DNA of 55,556 bases from an uncultured Spirochaetia bacterium (GCA_964349515.1 CAYGHG010000003.1:1-55556); one strand, 5' to 3'. Counted from the stretch's first letter, positions 17,977 through 28,106 are shown. The notes: generated by a model not told the origin, from the sequence alone. Numbers and translations: made by a program.

Positions 17977-19374
17977 TTACTCCTCAAACCTCGTCTTCAC
18001 CGACTGATCCGCAAGGTTTGTCGGATAATCGCCGTCAAAACAGGCCATGCAGAACTTTTCTTTTCTGCCTCCGACAGCTTTTACAAGGCCGTCAAGCGAA
18101 AGATATGCCACAGAATCCACTCTGATATATTTCTTTATTTCCTCAAGAGTGTGGTTGTTGGCGATAAGCTCGCTTCTTGTCGGAAAATCCATGCCGTAAA
18201 AACACGGGTTAAAAATAGGCGGTGATGAAATCCTGTAGTGTATTTCCTTTGCGCCGGCGTTTCTTACCATTTTGATTATTTTCCTGCTGGTAGTACCGCG
18301 CACTATGGAGTCGTCAACAAGTACTACACGTTTTCCTTTTATGATTTCCCTTACAGGATTGAGCTTCAGCCTCACTCCGAAATCCCTGATATTTTGGGAA
18401 GGTTCTATGAAAGTACGCCCTACGTAGTGGTTTCTGATCAATCCCATATCATATTTTATTCCCGTTGCTTCGGCATATCCTATTGCCGCGCATACGCCCG
18501 AATCAGGAACCGGTATTACGACATCAGCGTCTGCAGGGGCTTCTGTTCCCAGCTGGTTGCCCAGGTTTCGCCTTATGTCGTTTACAGAACGGTTGAAAAT
18601 CATGGAGTCGGGCCGTGAAAAATATATGAATTCAAAAACGCACATCGCGCTTCTCTGCCGCTCCGCAAAGCGCATTGTCCGCATTCCGTCCTTTGAAAAA
18701 ATCACCATCTCTCCGGGTTCCACCGTCGCCACCCATTTGGCGTCAACGAGGTCAAAAGCGCACGTCTCAGAGGCGGCTATATAGCCCCCGTTTTCGAGTT
18801 CGCCTATTTCAAGCGGCCTGAATCCGTTCGGATCACGCGCGGCTATCAGGTAGTCTTTGTTTAAAACAACGAATGAGAAAGCGCCTTTGAGTTCCGCGAG
18901 CGACTGCTTTACAGCCTCAGTAAACTCCATTTTGTTGTTTTTGGCAATTAAGTGTACAAGCACTTCGCTGTCTGCCGTTGATTCAAATATGGAGCCGCGC
19001 TCTTCAAGTGTCCTTTTAATATCATCGGCATTTACCAGGTTGCCGTTATGAGCGACTGCAAGCTCTCCATTAATGTAATTTACCCTTATAGGCTGTGCAT
19101 TTTCTATTATTGAAGAACCTGTGGTGGAATATCTCACATGGCCGATAGCGGTAGACCCTTTCAGGTATGATAATTTTTTTTCGTCAAAAACCTCTGACAC
19201 AAGACCCATAGACTTTGTCTCATGTCCCTTACCCACAGCATCCATTGTCACTATACCGCAGGATTCCTGTCCGCGGTGCTGCAGCGCATAAAGCCCGAGA
19301 TATGTTATGGTGGAGGCTTCCGGATGCCCGAAAACCCCTACTACTCCGCACGCTTCCTTTATCGGATCAGACAT
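17977..19374 (-). CDS. purF: Amidophosphoribosyltransferase
   Basis: EACGVVG (catalytic Cys after a short propeptide), LQHRGQES, GHVRYST, VDDSIVRGTT, Fe-S cysteines. Confidence 0.98.
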   Translation of the reverse strand: MSDPIKEACGVVGVFGHPEASTITYLGLYALQHRGQESCGIVTMDAVGKGHETKSMGLVSEVFDEKKLSYLKGSTAIGHVRYSTTGSSIIENAQPIRVNYINGELAVAHNGNLVNADDIKRTLEERGSIFESTADSEVLVHLIAKNNKMEFTEAVKQSLAELKGAFSFVVLNKDYLIAARDPNGFRPLEIGELENGGYIAASETCAFDLVDAKWVATVEPGEMVIFSKDGMRTMRFAERQRSAMCVFEFIYFSRPDSMIFNRSVNDIRRNLGNQLGTEAPADADVVIPVPDSGVCAAIGYAEATGIKYDMGLIRNHYVGRTFIEPSQNIRDFGVRLKLNPVREIIKGKRVVLVDDSIVRGTTSRKIIKMVRNAGAKEIHYRISSPPIFNPCFYGMDFPTRSELIANNHTLEEIKKYIRVDSVAYLSLDGLVKAVGGRKEKFCMACFDGDYPTNLADQSVKTRFEE

Positions 19375-21631
19375 ATTCTTTCACACCCTTTGACCATATT
19401 TTGTGAAGCTCATCAAGGCTGATGTTCAGTTTATTCGAACACTTTTTGCACGACCAGTCCACGCCTATTATCAGCCTGTTTCCGCCGGTTTCGCCTATCT
19501 CGCTTATCGGAGTCTTGTTCAGCGCTGCAAGTTTCTTAAGCGCAGCCGCATCCTGCCTCTCACAGGCAACTATTATCCTCGACTGTGTCTCGCCAAAAAG
19601 CAGTGCGTCAAGCCTGATGTCGCTTTGCAGTTCCACATATGCGCCTGTCATGGGAGCGCCGTGCAGCGTGCCTGTTATACAAGACTCCGCCAGCGCAATA
19701 CCCAGCCCGCCCTTGCTTACATCATGGGCTGATTTTATCCAGCCTTTCTGTATGCCCTGTCTGCAGGTTTTCTGAACAGAAGCCTCAAGTTTCATACTAA
19801 TATCAGGCACAGGCCCTTTTACCATGTTAAGCATAACTTTTAAATACTCCGACGCCCCGAGTTCCTCTTTATTCTGCCCAAGCATGAATATGAGCTGCTT
19901 GTTTCCTGTAAAATACTGCCTGGCGTATTTCGGGTTCTTACCCTTTATGAACCCGACCATGCCTACGACAGGCGTCGGGTAAACAGCGCCTTTTGAGCCT
20001 TCGTTGTAAAAACTTACATTTCCGCCGGTTACCGGGGTTTTAAGAGCCCGTCCCGCCTCTCCCATACCCTTTACTGCCTGCTCAAACTGCCAGAATATTT
20101 CAGGGTCCTCCGGATTGCCGAAATTAAGGCAGTTGGTAAATGCCGCAGGCTCGGCGCCTGATGCGCTCACATTCCTTGCGGATTCGGCCACGGCTATCAT
20201 CCCTCCTTTATAAGGGTCAAGATATGTGTACCTGCCGTTACAATCTACCGCCGTTGAAATCATGAAACCCTTGTCTTTTACATTAATGACCGCGGCGTCC
20301 GAACCGGGCAGAACGTGCGTGCCTGTCTGCACCATGTGGTCATACTGTTCCCAAACAGCCTGTTTCGAACAGACATTCGGCGAGCCGAGTATTTTCTTAA
20401 GCGCAGGTTCGGCGTCTTCTATCACATCTATTTTGTCTATGTCAATATTTGCTTTTTTAAGGTATTCCGGTTTCTTGCCCTTTTGTTTCTTCAGCGGGAA
20501 TAATTTATGCCCGCTGTCGGCAAGAGGCTCAACCGGCAGGTCAGCCACTACAGTTCCGTGCTCCCGTATCACAACATTCGGCCTCTTTATTACTTTTCCT
20601 ATTACAACCGCATGCAGCCCCCATTTGGAAAGCACCTTTTCAACTTTTTTCTCGTCCCCTTTTTTCGCAACCATGAGCATTCTCTCCTGCGATTCCGAGA
20701 GCATTGCCTCGTATGCGTTCATTCCTTTTTCGCGTTTCGGCAGAAGGTCTATGTCTATTTCCATGCCGTTGCCGGCTCTGTACGACATCTCAACCGAAGA
20801 GGACGTTAAGCCCGCCGCTCCCATGTCCTGAATACCCACCACAAGCCCGCTGTCAATGAGCTCAAGAGTTGCTTCGAGAAGCAGTTTTTCCATGAAAGGG
20901 TCGGCAACCTGTACTGAAGAGCGGTTTTCCTTTGTCTCTTCTGTGAGCTCTGTTGACGCAAATGTCGCGCCGTGTATCCCGTCGCGCCCCGTAGGCGCGC
21001 CGATGTAAATCACCGGGTTTCCTATACCTTTTGCAATTCCCTTTTTTATCTTCTTTTTATCGACAAGCCCTATGGTCATGGCATTTACCAGGCAGTTTTC
21101 CTCGTATGAATCCTCAAATACCGTCTCACCCGCGACAGTAGGCACGCCCACACAGTTGCCGTAAAACGCAATCCCTTTAACTACGCCGGGCAGCAGCCTT
21201 TGGGTATTCTTGCTCTCAAGGCTCCCGAACCTTAAAGAGTTTAAACTCGCGATGGGCCTTGCTCCCATTGTAAATACGTCGCGCAGTATGCCTCCCACGC
21301 CGGTCGCCGCTCCCTGAAAAGGTTCAACAGCAGAAGGGTGGTTATGCGATTCTATTTTAAAAGCAACGCCTAAGTTTGTGCCGGAATCTATAATGCCTGC
21401 GTTTTCGCCGGGCCCCTGGAGGACATATTTTCCCTTGGTCGGGAAAGTTTTTAAAAGCGGTTTTGAATGCTTGTAGCTGCAGTGCTCCGACCACATCGCG
21501 GAAAAAATCCCGAGCTCTACATAGGTAGGCTTGCGTCCGAGAATTTTTAGGATGTTGGGGTATTCATTGCCCTTGAATCCGTGCTGTTTTATTATCTCTT
21601 CTGTTATCTCAATGTTATAGTTGTTCATCAT
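19367..21631 (-). CDS. purL: Phosphoribosylformylglycinamidine synthase subunit PurL
   Basis: MWSEHCSYK, KIESHNHPS, DMGAAGL, SESQERM, NCLNFGNP, GGNVSFYN. Confidence 0.98.
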   Translation of the reverse strand: MMNNYNIEITEEIIKQHGFKGNEYPNILKILGRKPTYVELGIFSAMWSEHCSYKHSKPLLKTFPTKGKYVLQGPGENAGIIDSGTNLGVAFKIESHNHPSAVEPFQGAATGVGGILRDVFTMGARPIASLNSLRFGSLESKNTQRLLPGVVKGIAFYGNCVGVPTVAGETVFEDSYEENCLVNAMTIGLVDKKKIKKGIAKGIGNPVIYIGAPTGRDGIHGATFASTELTEETKENRSSVQVADPFMEKLLLEATLELIDSGLVVGIQDMGAAGLTSSSVEMSYRAGNGMEIDIDLLPKREKGMNAYEAMLSESQERMLMVAKKGDEKKVEKVLSKWGLHAVVIGKVIKRPNVVIREHGTVVADLPVEPLADSGHKLFPLKKQKGKKPEYLKKANIDIDKIDVIEDAEPALKKILGSPNVCSKQAVWEQYDHMVQTGTHVLPGSDAAVINVKDKGFMISTAVDCNGRYTYLDPYKGGMIAVAESARNVSASGAEPAAFTNCLNFGNPEDPEIFWQFEQAVKGMGEAGRALKTPVTGGNVSFYNEGSKGAVYPTPVVGMVGFIKGKNPKYARQYFTGNKQLIFMLGQNKEELGASEYLKVMLNMVKGPVPDISMKLEASVQKTCRQGIQKGWIKSAHDVSKGGLGIALAESCITGTLHGAPMTGAYVELQSDIRLDALLFGETQSRIIVACERQDAAALKKLAALNKTPISEIGETGGNRLIIGVDWSCKKCSNKLNISLDELHKIWSKGVKEYV

Positions 21632-22335
21632 CAGCCCCTCGATTTTTTCAGGTAGTCAATCATGGATTCAAATATCAGCCTGCCGTCGGTGGAGCCGAGC
21701 TCCGGTATCATGGAACGCTCCGGATGCGGCATCATTCCGAGGACATTCCCCTTTTCATTCATTATGCCCGCGATGTTATAAAGCGAGCCGTTGGGGTTGA
21801 ACTCCGGCGTTGTTTCGCCTTTCTCCCCGCAGTAGCGGAATGCTATCTGTTTATTCTTTATGAGGTTATTGAGTGACTTTTCATCGCAGAAATAATTTCC
21901 CTCCTGATGCGCTATCGGAATACGTATTACCTGCCCCTTGGCAAATTTGGAGGTAAAAGGTGTTTCATTGTTTTCAACGCGCAGATTTATGTATTTGCAG
22001 ATAAATTTCAGGGTGTTGTTGGTGAGCATCGCGCCCGGCAGCAGCCCCGCCTCAAGCAGTATCTGAAACCCGTTGCATATCCCTATCACTGCTTTGCTTT
22101 TTTTCGAGGCAAAACCTTTGAGGTTGTCCATGACACGCGCGAAACGGGCGATAGCGCCGGCGCGCAGATAATCGCCGTATGAAAATCCGCCCGGAACAAT
22201 GACCCCGTCATATTTTGCGAGTGATTTTGAATCGTGCCATACAAATTCGGCCTTTTCACCGAGAACGTCTTTTACGGCCCAGAGGCAGTCCGAATCGCAG
22301 TTTGACCCGGGAAAAACTATGACTCCAAATTTCAT
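21631..22335 (-). CDS. purQ: FGAM synthase glutaminase subunit PurQ
   Basis: [36 protein letters not shown]. Confidence 0.98.
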   Translation of the reverse strand: MKFGVIVFPGSNCDSDCLWAVKDVLGEKAEFVWHDSKSLAKYDGVIVPGGFSYGDYLRAGAIARFARVMDNLKGFASKKSKAVIGICNGFQILLEAGLLPGAMLTNNTLKFICKYINLRVENNETPFTSKFAKGQVIRIPIAHQEGNYFCDEKSLNNLIKNKQIAFRYCGEKGETTPEFNPNGSLYNIAGIMNEKGNVLGMMPHPERSMIPELGSTDGRLIFESMIDYLKKSRG

Positions 22336-22357
22336 GATTGTCTCCTGTAGGTGTGGT

Positions 22358-22600
22358 TTATTCTATCGTAAAGGTGTACTTTTCTATGTTCGGGTTGGCA
22401 AGAAGCCTGTCACAGATTTCGTCTATCTCCTTCTTAAGATTCGCGCTTTTGCCTTCCTTTGTTTCTATCTCAATGTATTTTCCTATCCTTACCTCTTCAA
22501 TACCGGGATACCCCATCTTATCAAGCGCATTTTTTACGGTTTTTCCCTGGGGGTCAAGGACTCCGTCCTTTAAGGTTACATAGATTTTTACTTTTGCCAT
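22358..22600 (-). CDS. purS: FGAM synthase subunit PurS
   Basis: [27 protein letters not shown]; start placed at MAKVK after AGGAG. Confidence 0.96.
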   Translation of the reverse strand: MAKVKIYVTLKDGVLDPQGKTVKNALDKMGYPGIEEVRIGKYIEIETKEGKSANLKKEIDEICDRLLANPNIEKYTFTIE

Positions 22601-22636
22601 TGGTCGCTCCTGTTTTTTTGTAGTAAAAACAGAATT

Positions 22637-22665
22637 ATTATATATAGAAAGGAACTTCTTTACAA
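22637..22665 (-). promoter_or_regulatory. Sigma70-type promoter for purSQLF
   Basis: TTGTAA-17 bp-TATAAT on the minus strand, ~35 bp upstream of purS. Confidence 0.75.
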
Positions 22666-22757
22666 GGACAAAAAAATCAGCCCCTCCACCCAATCCGCCG
22701 GAAATGCCGAAGGGGATTTTATTTTCGCATCCGGGCAAAACCTTTCACCCGTAAAAG

Positions 22758-22786
22758 TTGTATAAAGGCCCTGCCTGTGCTAATAT
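22758..22786 (+). promoter_or_regulatory. Sigma70-type promoter for the YitT-family gene
   Basis: TTGTAT-17 bp-TAATAT with an extended -10 TG; GGAGG at 22795. Confidence 0.65.
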
Positions 22787-22807
22787 GAATTACTGGAGGT
22801 TTTAAAC

Positions 22808-23656
22808 GTGAACAGTAAATTCCGCGAAGTTTTAAAACAGGTACTTCTGCTCACTGCGGGCAGCATCATATCCGCCCTCGCCGTTAAATCCATACTCGTG
22901 CCGCAGGAGTTTCTGGCGCGCGGCGTTACCGGCATTTCACTTATCATCTTTTATAAGACACAGGCTATACCGCTTGCCGTTCTTTATCTCCTTATTAATA
23001 TACCCATATTCCTGCTTGGGTGGAAGTTTGTGGGGGTGCGCTTTACTCTTTACTCGCTCGTGGGGCTCGGAATTTACACCGTAATACTTGCGGTTGTGCC
23101 TTTTGAACTGCAGCTTACCGACAAGCTGCTCGGCGCCTTAACCGCGGGCGCGCTTTCAGGCATAGGCGTTGCCATAATCCTGCGCTCTTACGGCTCAAGC
23201 GGAGGCGCCGAAATACTATACGTGATAATAAACAAGCTGACCTCAATCCCCATAGGTACGGCTTCGCTGATTATAAATGGCGTCATCGTTGGGGTTATGG
23301 CTTTCTTGTTTCCCATTGAAAACGTCCTCTACACGCTTGTTTACATCACCGTTACAATGTACATATCAAACAAGGTTTTTCACGGCCTCGCCAACAGGCA
23401 GGCTGTTTTCATAGTATCTGACAAGTGGAAAGAAATATCAGCCTGCATGATAAAATCAAGGATCGGAGTCACCACAATAGAAGGCAAAGGCGGTTATAAA
23501 GGAATGCCGCGCATAATATTATACTCGGTCATAAATAAAAACATGGTCATGTTCCTTAAAAACTCTGTCAAAACCACAGATCCAAACGCCTTTATCGCGA
23601 TAATGACAGCCGAAGACGTAACCGGAATAGACATAGGAAACCAGCCTCACTGGTGA
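22808..23656 (+). CDS. YitT-family membrane protein (DUF161 + DUF2179)
   Basis: GVTGISL, YLLINIPIFLLG, GSSGGAEI, RIGVT..GKGGY, DPNAFI; GTG start. Confidence 0.92.
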   Translation: MNSKFREVLKQVLLLTAGSIISALAVKSILVPQEFLARGVTGISLIIFYKTQAIPLAVLYLLINIPIFLLGWKFVGVRFTLYSLVGLGIYTVILAVVPFELQLTDKLLGALTAGALSGIGVAIILRSYGSSGGAEILYVIINKLTSIPIGTASLIINGVIVGVMAFLFPIENVLYTLVYITVTMYISNKVFHGLANRQAVFIVSDKWKEISACMIKSRIGVTTIEGKGGYKGMPRIILYSVINKNMVMFLKNSVKTTDPNAFIAIMTAEDVTGIDIGNQPHW

Positions 23657-23704
23657 TAAAATAAAAAGCGCAGGCATTACTGCCTGCGCTTTTTATTTTA
23701 TCAC
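23653..23704. terminator. Bidirectional terminator with a perfect 24-bp stem
   Basis: GTGATAAAATAAAAAGCGCAGGCA-ttac-TGCCTGCGCTTTTTATTTTATCAC between convergent genes. Confidence 0.9.
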
Positions 23705-24487
23705 TTATTTTACAGTGAACTGAAGCCTGTCCTGTATCGCGTATCCGCCGGCGGGATAATCATAATATGCCCTGAGCTCGTATTTGCCGGGTTCAAGGTC
23801 TCCCCCGATGTTAAATGCCCCGGAAGCTTTACCGCCCGCGTACTGCCACTCGCCCCACTCGTCATTAGGAGCTCCGACAGGCACGACATTCATCCAGTCC
23901 TGGCTGTTGCCGGGGAATCCGAAGAATTTTACATTTACCGCGTCCCCTGCCTGAAACACGGCCCTTTCTATCGCAAAGTGTTTGCTTTTTAAGGATGATG
24001 CTTTTGAGGCAGGTTTTGCGGCAGACGCCGGTGCTTTTTTCCCGCCGATTATCACATTAGTCAGCTGTTTTGCCTGGAACTTAACCGACCATGTTTTTTT
24101 CTCTTCTTTTACCACCATTTTGACATATGAATCGATTTTTGCACCTTTCCACAGAAAAGGCGCTTCATTTTTATGAAGAAGTTTATCCCCGTCGTAAAGC
24201 TCTATCTGCGCGCCCACAGGCTCAAGTATTTCCACATTCGGCCAGGGTGTCTGGGATTTCTGATACTTAAAGGGTATTGACCTCCCGTCTTCCAGTTCGA
24301 TTGAGCTTTGTTCAAGAGTTGCGCCGATTTTCTTTAAGGCAGGAGTTGAAGCTTTTTTTTCCTTTTTCGGGGCATCCATTCCCGGCATGCCTTTCACACT
24401 CACATTAAAATTGAACTCTTCCGCGAAAACCAACTGCGATGACAAAACAAAAACAAGTGCAAAAACGCCCGCTAACACCTTCTTCAT
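23705..24487 (-). CDS. Secreted hypothetical protein with a C-terminal Ig-like (SKICH-like) domain
   Basis: Signal peptide (..VFA/EE); C-terminal DWMNVVP..WQY..G..PGKYELRAYY pattern. Confidence 0.75.
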   Translation of the reverse strand: MKKVLAGVFALVFVLSSQLVFAEEFNFNVSVKGMPGMDAPKKEKKASTPALKKIGATLEQSSIELEDGRSIPFKYQKSQTPWPNVEILEPVGAQIELYDGDKLLHKNEAPFLWKGAKIDSYVKMVVKEEKKTWSVKFQAKQLTNVIIGGKKAPASAAKPASKASSLKSKHFAIERAVFQAGDAVNVKFFGFPGNSQDWMNVVPVGAPNDEWGEWQYAGGKASGAFNIGGDLEPGKYELRAYYDYPAGGYAIQDRLQFTVK

Positions 24488-24605
24488 ACAGTCCTCCTCG
24501 ATTGGATTTAACTCATATTTTACTTTAAATACCTGACATATTATCTGACGCTCGTAATTATAGAATAGTTTACAACTTTTTTTAGGTTTATGTATATAAC
24601 AAATT

Positions 24606-25148
24606 ATGTTAAAATTAAAAAAATTTATATGGAGGGCATTTTTGAACTACATAGATATATTCATCATCATAAGCCTTATGTTCTTCCTGATGGTCGGATG
24701 GAACATCCGGGGCATTTATATGATACTCATACCCTTGGCATTTTTCTTGGGAATATTTCTCGCAAACGTCACATACTTTTCACTTGCATCAGCGCTTGAG
24801 GGCCTGATCCCCAACGAAGCCAAAAGATACCTCATATCCTACTCTCTTATTTTTCTGACGGTTATTACCGTGATTGTTTTCGCAGGCATCACAACAGCCA
24901 AATTTTTTGATTTTTTCAAGCTGGCTTTCATAGACAGATTTTTGGGCGCGGTGCTTATGTGCCTCCTGCTCTCAATACCCCTTTATTTCTTGCTGTATTT
25001 CATTCACAAAACAGGTTTCAACGGGTTTGATTTTCAGGTACACCTCAAAGGCTCATTTTTGTACTCCAGGCTTGAGATTTATGCCGCGGCAGTCTTTAAG
25101 ATGCCCTTTATAAAACAGCTGTCGGCATTTGAAAGAATCCTTAAGTAG
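24606..25148 (+). CDS. cvpA: CvpA-family membrane protein
   Basis: IDIFII..GWNIRG, ~4 TM helices, IDRFLGAV, C-terminal GSFLY. Confidence 0.7.
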   Translation: MLKLKKFIWRAFLNYIDIFIIISLMFFLMVGWNIRGIYMILIPLAFFLGIFLANVTYFSLASALEGLIPNEAKRYLISYSLIFLTVITVIVFAGITTAKFFDFFKLAFIDRFLGAVLMCLLLSIPLYFLLYFIHKTGFNGFDFQVHLKGSFLYSRLEIYAAAVFKMPFIKQLSAFERILK

Positions 25149-25899
25149 GCGGATTATTTTTTTCTTTGGTAAAATCTTTAAGTATTTCCTCGGGTTTGGC
25201 AAGCTGTTCTTTTGATTTTTTAATCTTTTTAATTCTGTAAACAAAGACCATTATAAGCGTTGCGGCGAAAAAAAACGCGGAGAAAAAAACAACAAAAAAA
25301 GTGTTTAGCTTGAAAAAATACCCGGCGGCTATGCCTCCTCCGACAAGAAGCAGTATAACCCCTATGACTGTATTCATTATCATATACTGTTTAAGGGATT
25401 TAATGAAAACAGCGGCCAGGCCGGGTTCTTTTTGAGGCGGCCCTGCGTAAAGCTGCTCCCCGGAAAAATTTATTATATTGTCAATCAGTTTTATCTGTTT
25501 TTCTATAAATTCAGCTTCGGCAGAACCCGCGCTTTTCTGATACCAGGCTCTCAAATCAGGCAGTTTTTTATGTTTTGAATAAAGGGTGATAAGCAGTTCG
25601 TGCGCCCTCGGGCTGTAAAAGTTATAAGTAAGAGCCTTAAAAAACATAGCTGACGCACCCTTATCTCCTTTGGCATTCAGGGCATTGCCAATCTTCAGGT
25701 AAATATCTTCGTTTCCCGCTGTAAACTCAAGCGCTTTTTTATAGCTTATAACAGCCTTATCGTATTCGCCCGCAAGCAGGGCTTCATCGCCTTTTATTAC
25801 ATTTGACTTATATATCCCGCGAATATCTATTTCCCGTTCGCACAACGAACAAGAAGGAACCACTCTGGGAAGCTCGGCACCGCAGTGAGGGCAGATCAT
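25141..25899 (-). CDS. Zinc-ribbon + TPR + C-terminal TM hypothetical protein
   Basis: CPHC..CSLC, TPR-like YDKAVISYKKALEF..IYLKIGNAL, two C-terminal TM helices. Confidence 0.8.
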   Translation of the reverse strand: MICPHCGAELPRVVPSCSLCEREIDIRGIYKSNVIKGDEALLAGEYDKAVISYKKALEFTAGNEDIYLKIGNALNAKGDKGASAMFFKALTYNFYSPRAHELLITLYSKHKKLPDLRAWYQKSAGSAEAEFIEKQIKLIDNIINFSGEQLYAGPPQKEPGLAAVFIKSLKQYMIMNTVIGVILLLVGGGIAAGYFFKLNTFFVVFFSAFFFAATLIMVFVYRIKKIKKSKEQLAKPEEILKDFTKEKNNPPT

Positions 25900-25912
25900 A
25901 GTCAGTTAACTC

Positions 25913-25999
25913 CTATTAGTTTACAGTTTACAGTTTACAGTCTACAGTTGCACTTCAAGAACAGGCCTTTTTTCAACTGTAAACTTTAGACTATAGACT
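25913..25999. repeat. Inverted pair of T(T/C)TACAG heptamer arrays
   Basis: tttacag x3-tctacag-tt (25920-25949), 25-nt spacer, then aactgtaaac-tttagac-tatagac-t (25975-25999). Confidence 0.88.
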
Positions 26000-26010
26000 C
26001 TTTGCTGTTT

Positions 26011-27543
26011 TTATTTGTACGGATTCGGATATACCGAAAACCTGAAACTGAAATAACCGACTATTGAATACCCGCCCGGATAATGAAAGTAGCCAATGTC
26101 AAAATTAACGAAGCGGTCAAAATGGGTGTTAATAAGGTAATAATCCGGAAACAGTGCGTTTCTATTCGCGTCAACAGGCACAATATACTCAATCCTGACT
26201 CCCACCCTGTCAAAAAGTTTTCGGCTGAATCCCAGATAGTATGTGCTTGCCGAGTTTTTTACATACACCCCGGTAGCATCAGGGTTTGTGGTAAGTATGT
26301 CGTCTTTCAGATAACTCATAAAAAGCGTAGGCACCCTGTCGTGCACAGCGCCCAGCATGTATCCGGCAGTGAAATATGTATCCCACAGAGCCTTCTTTGA
26401 AACCGCTATATAAGGCGCATACATTTGTGTTATCTGGTCCTTGGGGCTTAGAGCGGCGCTGCCACCCGTCGCACCCGAGCTTCCCAGTTTGTCCTGAAGA
26501 AGCAGCGTGTAAGTCATCCCGACAGCGACAGAGGGCCACGCTTCAGATTCGTTAAAAAGCGAGCCTTTGACATCGGCAGTCAGCAGCCATAACCCTATTT
26601 TGCTGAAAAAATAGTCCTTTGCATCGGCAACATTGTCAATATAACTGTTTGCGCCTGCAATGGTTCCTATATAATAGGAAAACCTCATGTCCGCGTTAAA
26701 GCCATAGTTGTCAAATATATCGTTCCTGTATGCCGTGGGCATCAGTATCAGATTTGTCCTTGCCGGGGGAAAAGGCACTATTTCTTCTATACCTGACTCG
26801 GGCGATTCATTTCCCTCTTTATCAACCGTGCGCAGTTTATAGAAATACTTTACCGCAGGTTCTACATCAAAGTCCTCGTATCTTATTGCCGCCGCAGCGG
26901 TGACAGTCAGCGTTTCAAAAGAAGACCTCGTTTTACCGCGCATTATCCTGTAACCCGCGATTTCAAAGCTGGTTTTTGGCGCGGGCGTCCATTTCAGCAT
27001 GGCAGACTCAATATCCTGATATCCCCTGAAAGAGGCAGGCAGCAAAGGCGCCATAATCCCCGGAGCGGTTACGGTCAGTTCCTGGGAGTATTCATTTTTT
27101 TCCTCTGTCAGCCGCTCCACTTTATAAGTATAAGCAGTCAGCGATGATATGTCGCTGTCAGCATACTCGGTCACTTTAAGCGGTTCTGAATTAAGTTTCA
27201 CTATGTCGGAAGATGATATTCTCTTCAAAACATTGTATTCTTCGCCTTCAAAACTCTTACTCCAGAATATTCTTATGGATTTTACCGCCGAAGTGTCAGC
27301 CTGTATGCTGAAAGCAGGCGGAACAGGAACGGGCGCTGCCGGAGCAGGCGGAACAGGAGCGGGCTGTTCCTGCAACACAGCCTCCGGAACCACGTTGCCG
27401 GCAGAGGGCTGCACAGCCATTTTTCCCGGCTCCTGCGGTATGGCAGCAGGAACGGCAGTCGCCAATGCCGAGGGCCTTTCCTGTGCGTGCGCAATCACAA
27501 ACAGAAACATAATACTCAAGAACAAAAGAGTTGTTTTTTTCAT
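26011..27543 (-). CDS. Exported protein: Pro-rich linker, two fibronectin type III domains, probable C-terminal beta-barrel
   Basis: Signal peptide; FnIII patterns W..YNV.KR..Y.D..Y.YKV and W..GYRI.R..YED..Y.YKL..VD..GNES; aromatic-rich alternating C-terminus. Confidence 0.78.
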   Translation of the reverse strand: MKKTTLLFLSIMFLFVIAHAQERPSALATAVPAAIPQEPGKMAVQPSAGNVVPEAVLQEQPAPVPPAPAAPVPVPPAFSIQADTSAVKSIRIFWSKSFEGEEYNVLKRISSSDIVKLNSEPLKVTEYADSDISSLTAYTYKVERLTEEKNEYSQELTVTAPGIMAPLLPASFRGYQDIESAMLKWTPAPKTSFEIAGYRIMRGKTRSSFETLTVTAAAAIRYEDFDVEPAVKYFYKLRTVDKEGNESPESGIEEIVPFPPARTNLILMPTAYRNDIFDNYGFNADMRFSYYIGTIAGANSYIDNVADAKDYFFSKIGLWLLTADVKGSLFNESEAWPSVAVGMTYTLLLQDKLGSSGATGGSAALSPKDQITQMYAPYIAVSKKALWDTYFTAGYMLGAVHDRVPTLFMSYLKDDILTTNPDATGVYVKNSASTYYLGFSRKLFDRVGVRIEYIVPVDANRNALFPDYYLINTHFDRFVNFDIGYFHYPGGYSIVGYFSFRFSVYPNPYK

Positions 27544-28103
27544 AATTTTAGAAAATTCCTCACTATTAGTTTTCCCTGCTCGGTCAGTATGGACTCAGGG
27601 TGGAACTGCACGCCCTCAAGCGGGTACTTAACGTGCCTTAATCCCATAATCTCCCCCCTGCCTGTTTTTGCCGAGATTATCAGCTCTTTTGGCAGGGATT
27701 TTTCCTCAGCAACCAGCGAGTGGTAGCGTGTTGCCTTGAAGGGGTTTTTGACCCCTTTAAATACGCCCTTGCCGTCGTGGAATATTTCCGATACCTTGCC
27801 GTGCATTATCGTATGGTTTCTGATTACTTTACCGCCGAGCGCTTCGGCTATGCACTGGTGGCCGAGGCATACTCCGAAAATCGGAATCTCTTTCATGAAA
27901 GTTGTGATTACTTCCTTTGATATGCCCGCATTTTTGGGCCATGACGGCCCGGGCGATATGAGTATCCGCTCGGGGTTCATCTTTTTTATTTCATCAGTTG
28001 TTATTTCGTCATTTTTCCTTACGTCTATGTCCTGCCTGAACTCTGATATGTACTGCACGAGGTTGTATGTAAATGAATCGTAGTTGTCTATGACAAGTAT
28101 CAT
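27540..28103 (-). CDS. trpG: Anthranilate synthase component II / glutamine amidotransferase
   Basis: IDNYDSFTYNL, ISPGP, GVCLGHQ, TRYHSL, QFHPES. Confidence 0.93.
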   Translation of the reverse strand: MILVIDNYDSFTYNLVQYISEFRQDIDVRKNDEITTDEIKKMNPERILISPGPSWPKNAGISKEVITTFMKEIPIFGVCLGHQCIAEALGGKVIRNHTIMHGKVSEIFHDGKGVFKGVKNPFKATRYHSLVAEEKSLPKELIISAKTGRGEIMGLRHVKYPLEGVQFHPESILTEQGKLIVRNFLKL

Positions 28104-28106
28104 CTG

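Noticed and set aside
22676-22720. Purine or ZTP riboswitch upstream of purS
   Set aside because: The imperfect hairpin lies upstream of the predicted purS promoter, outside the transcript, and lacks aptamer consensus.
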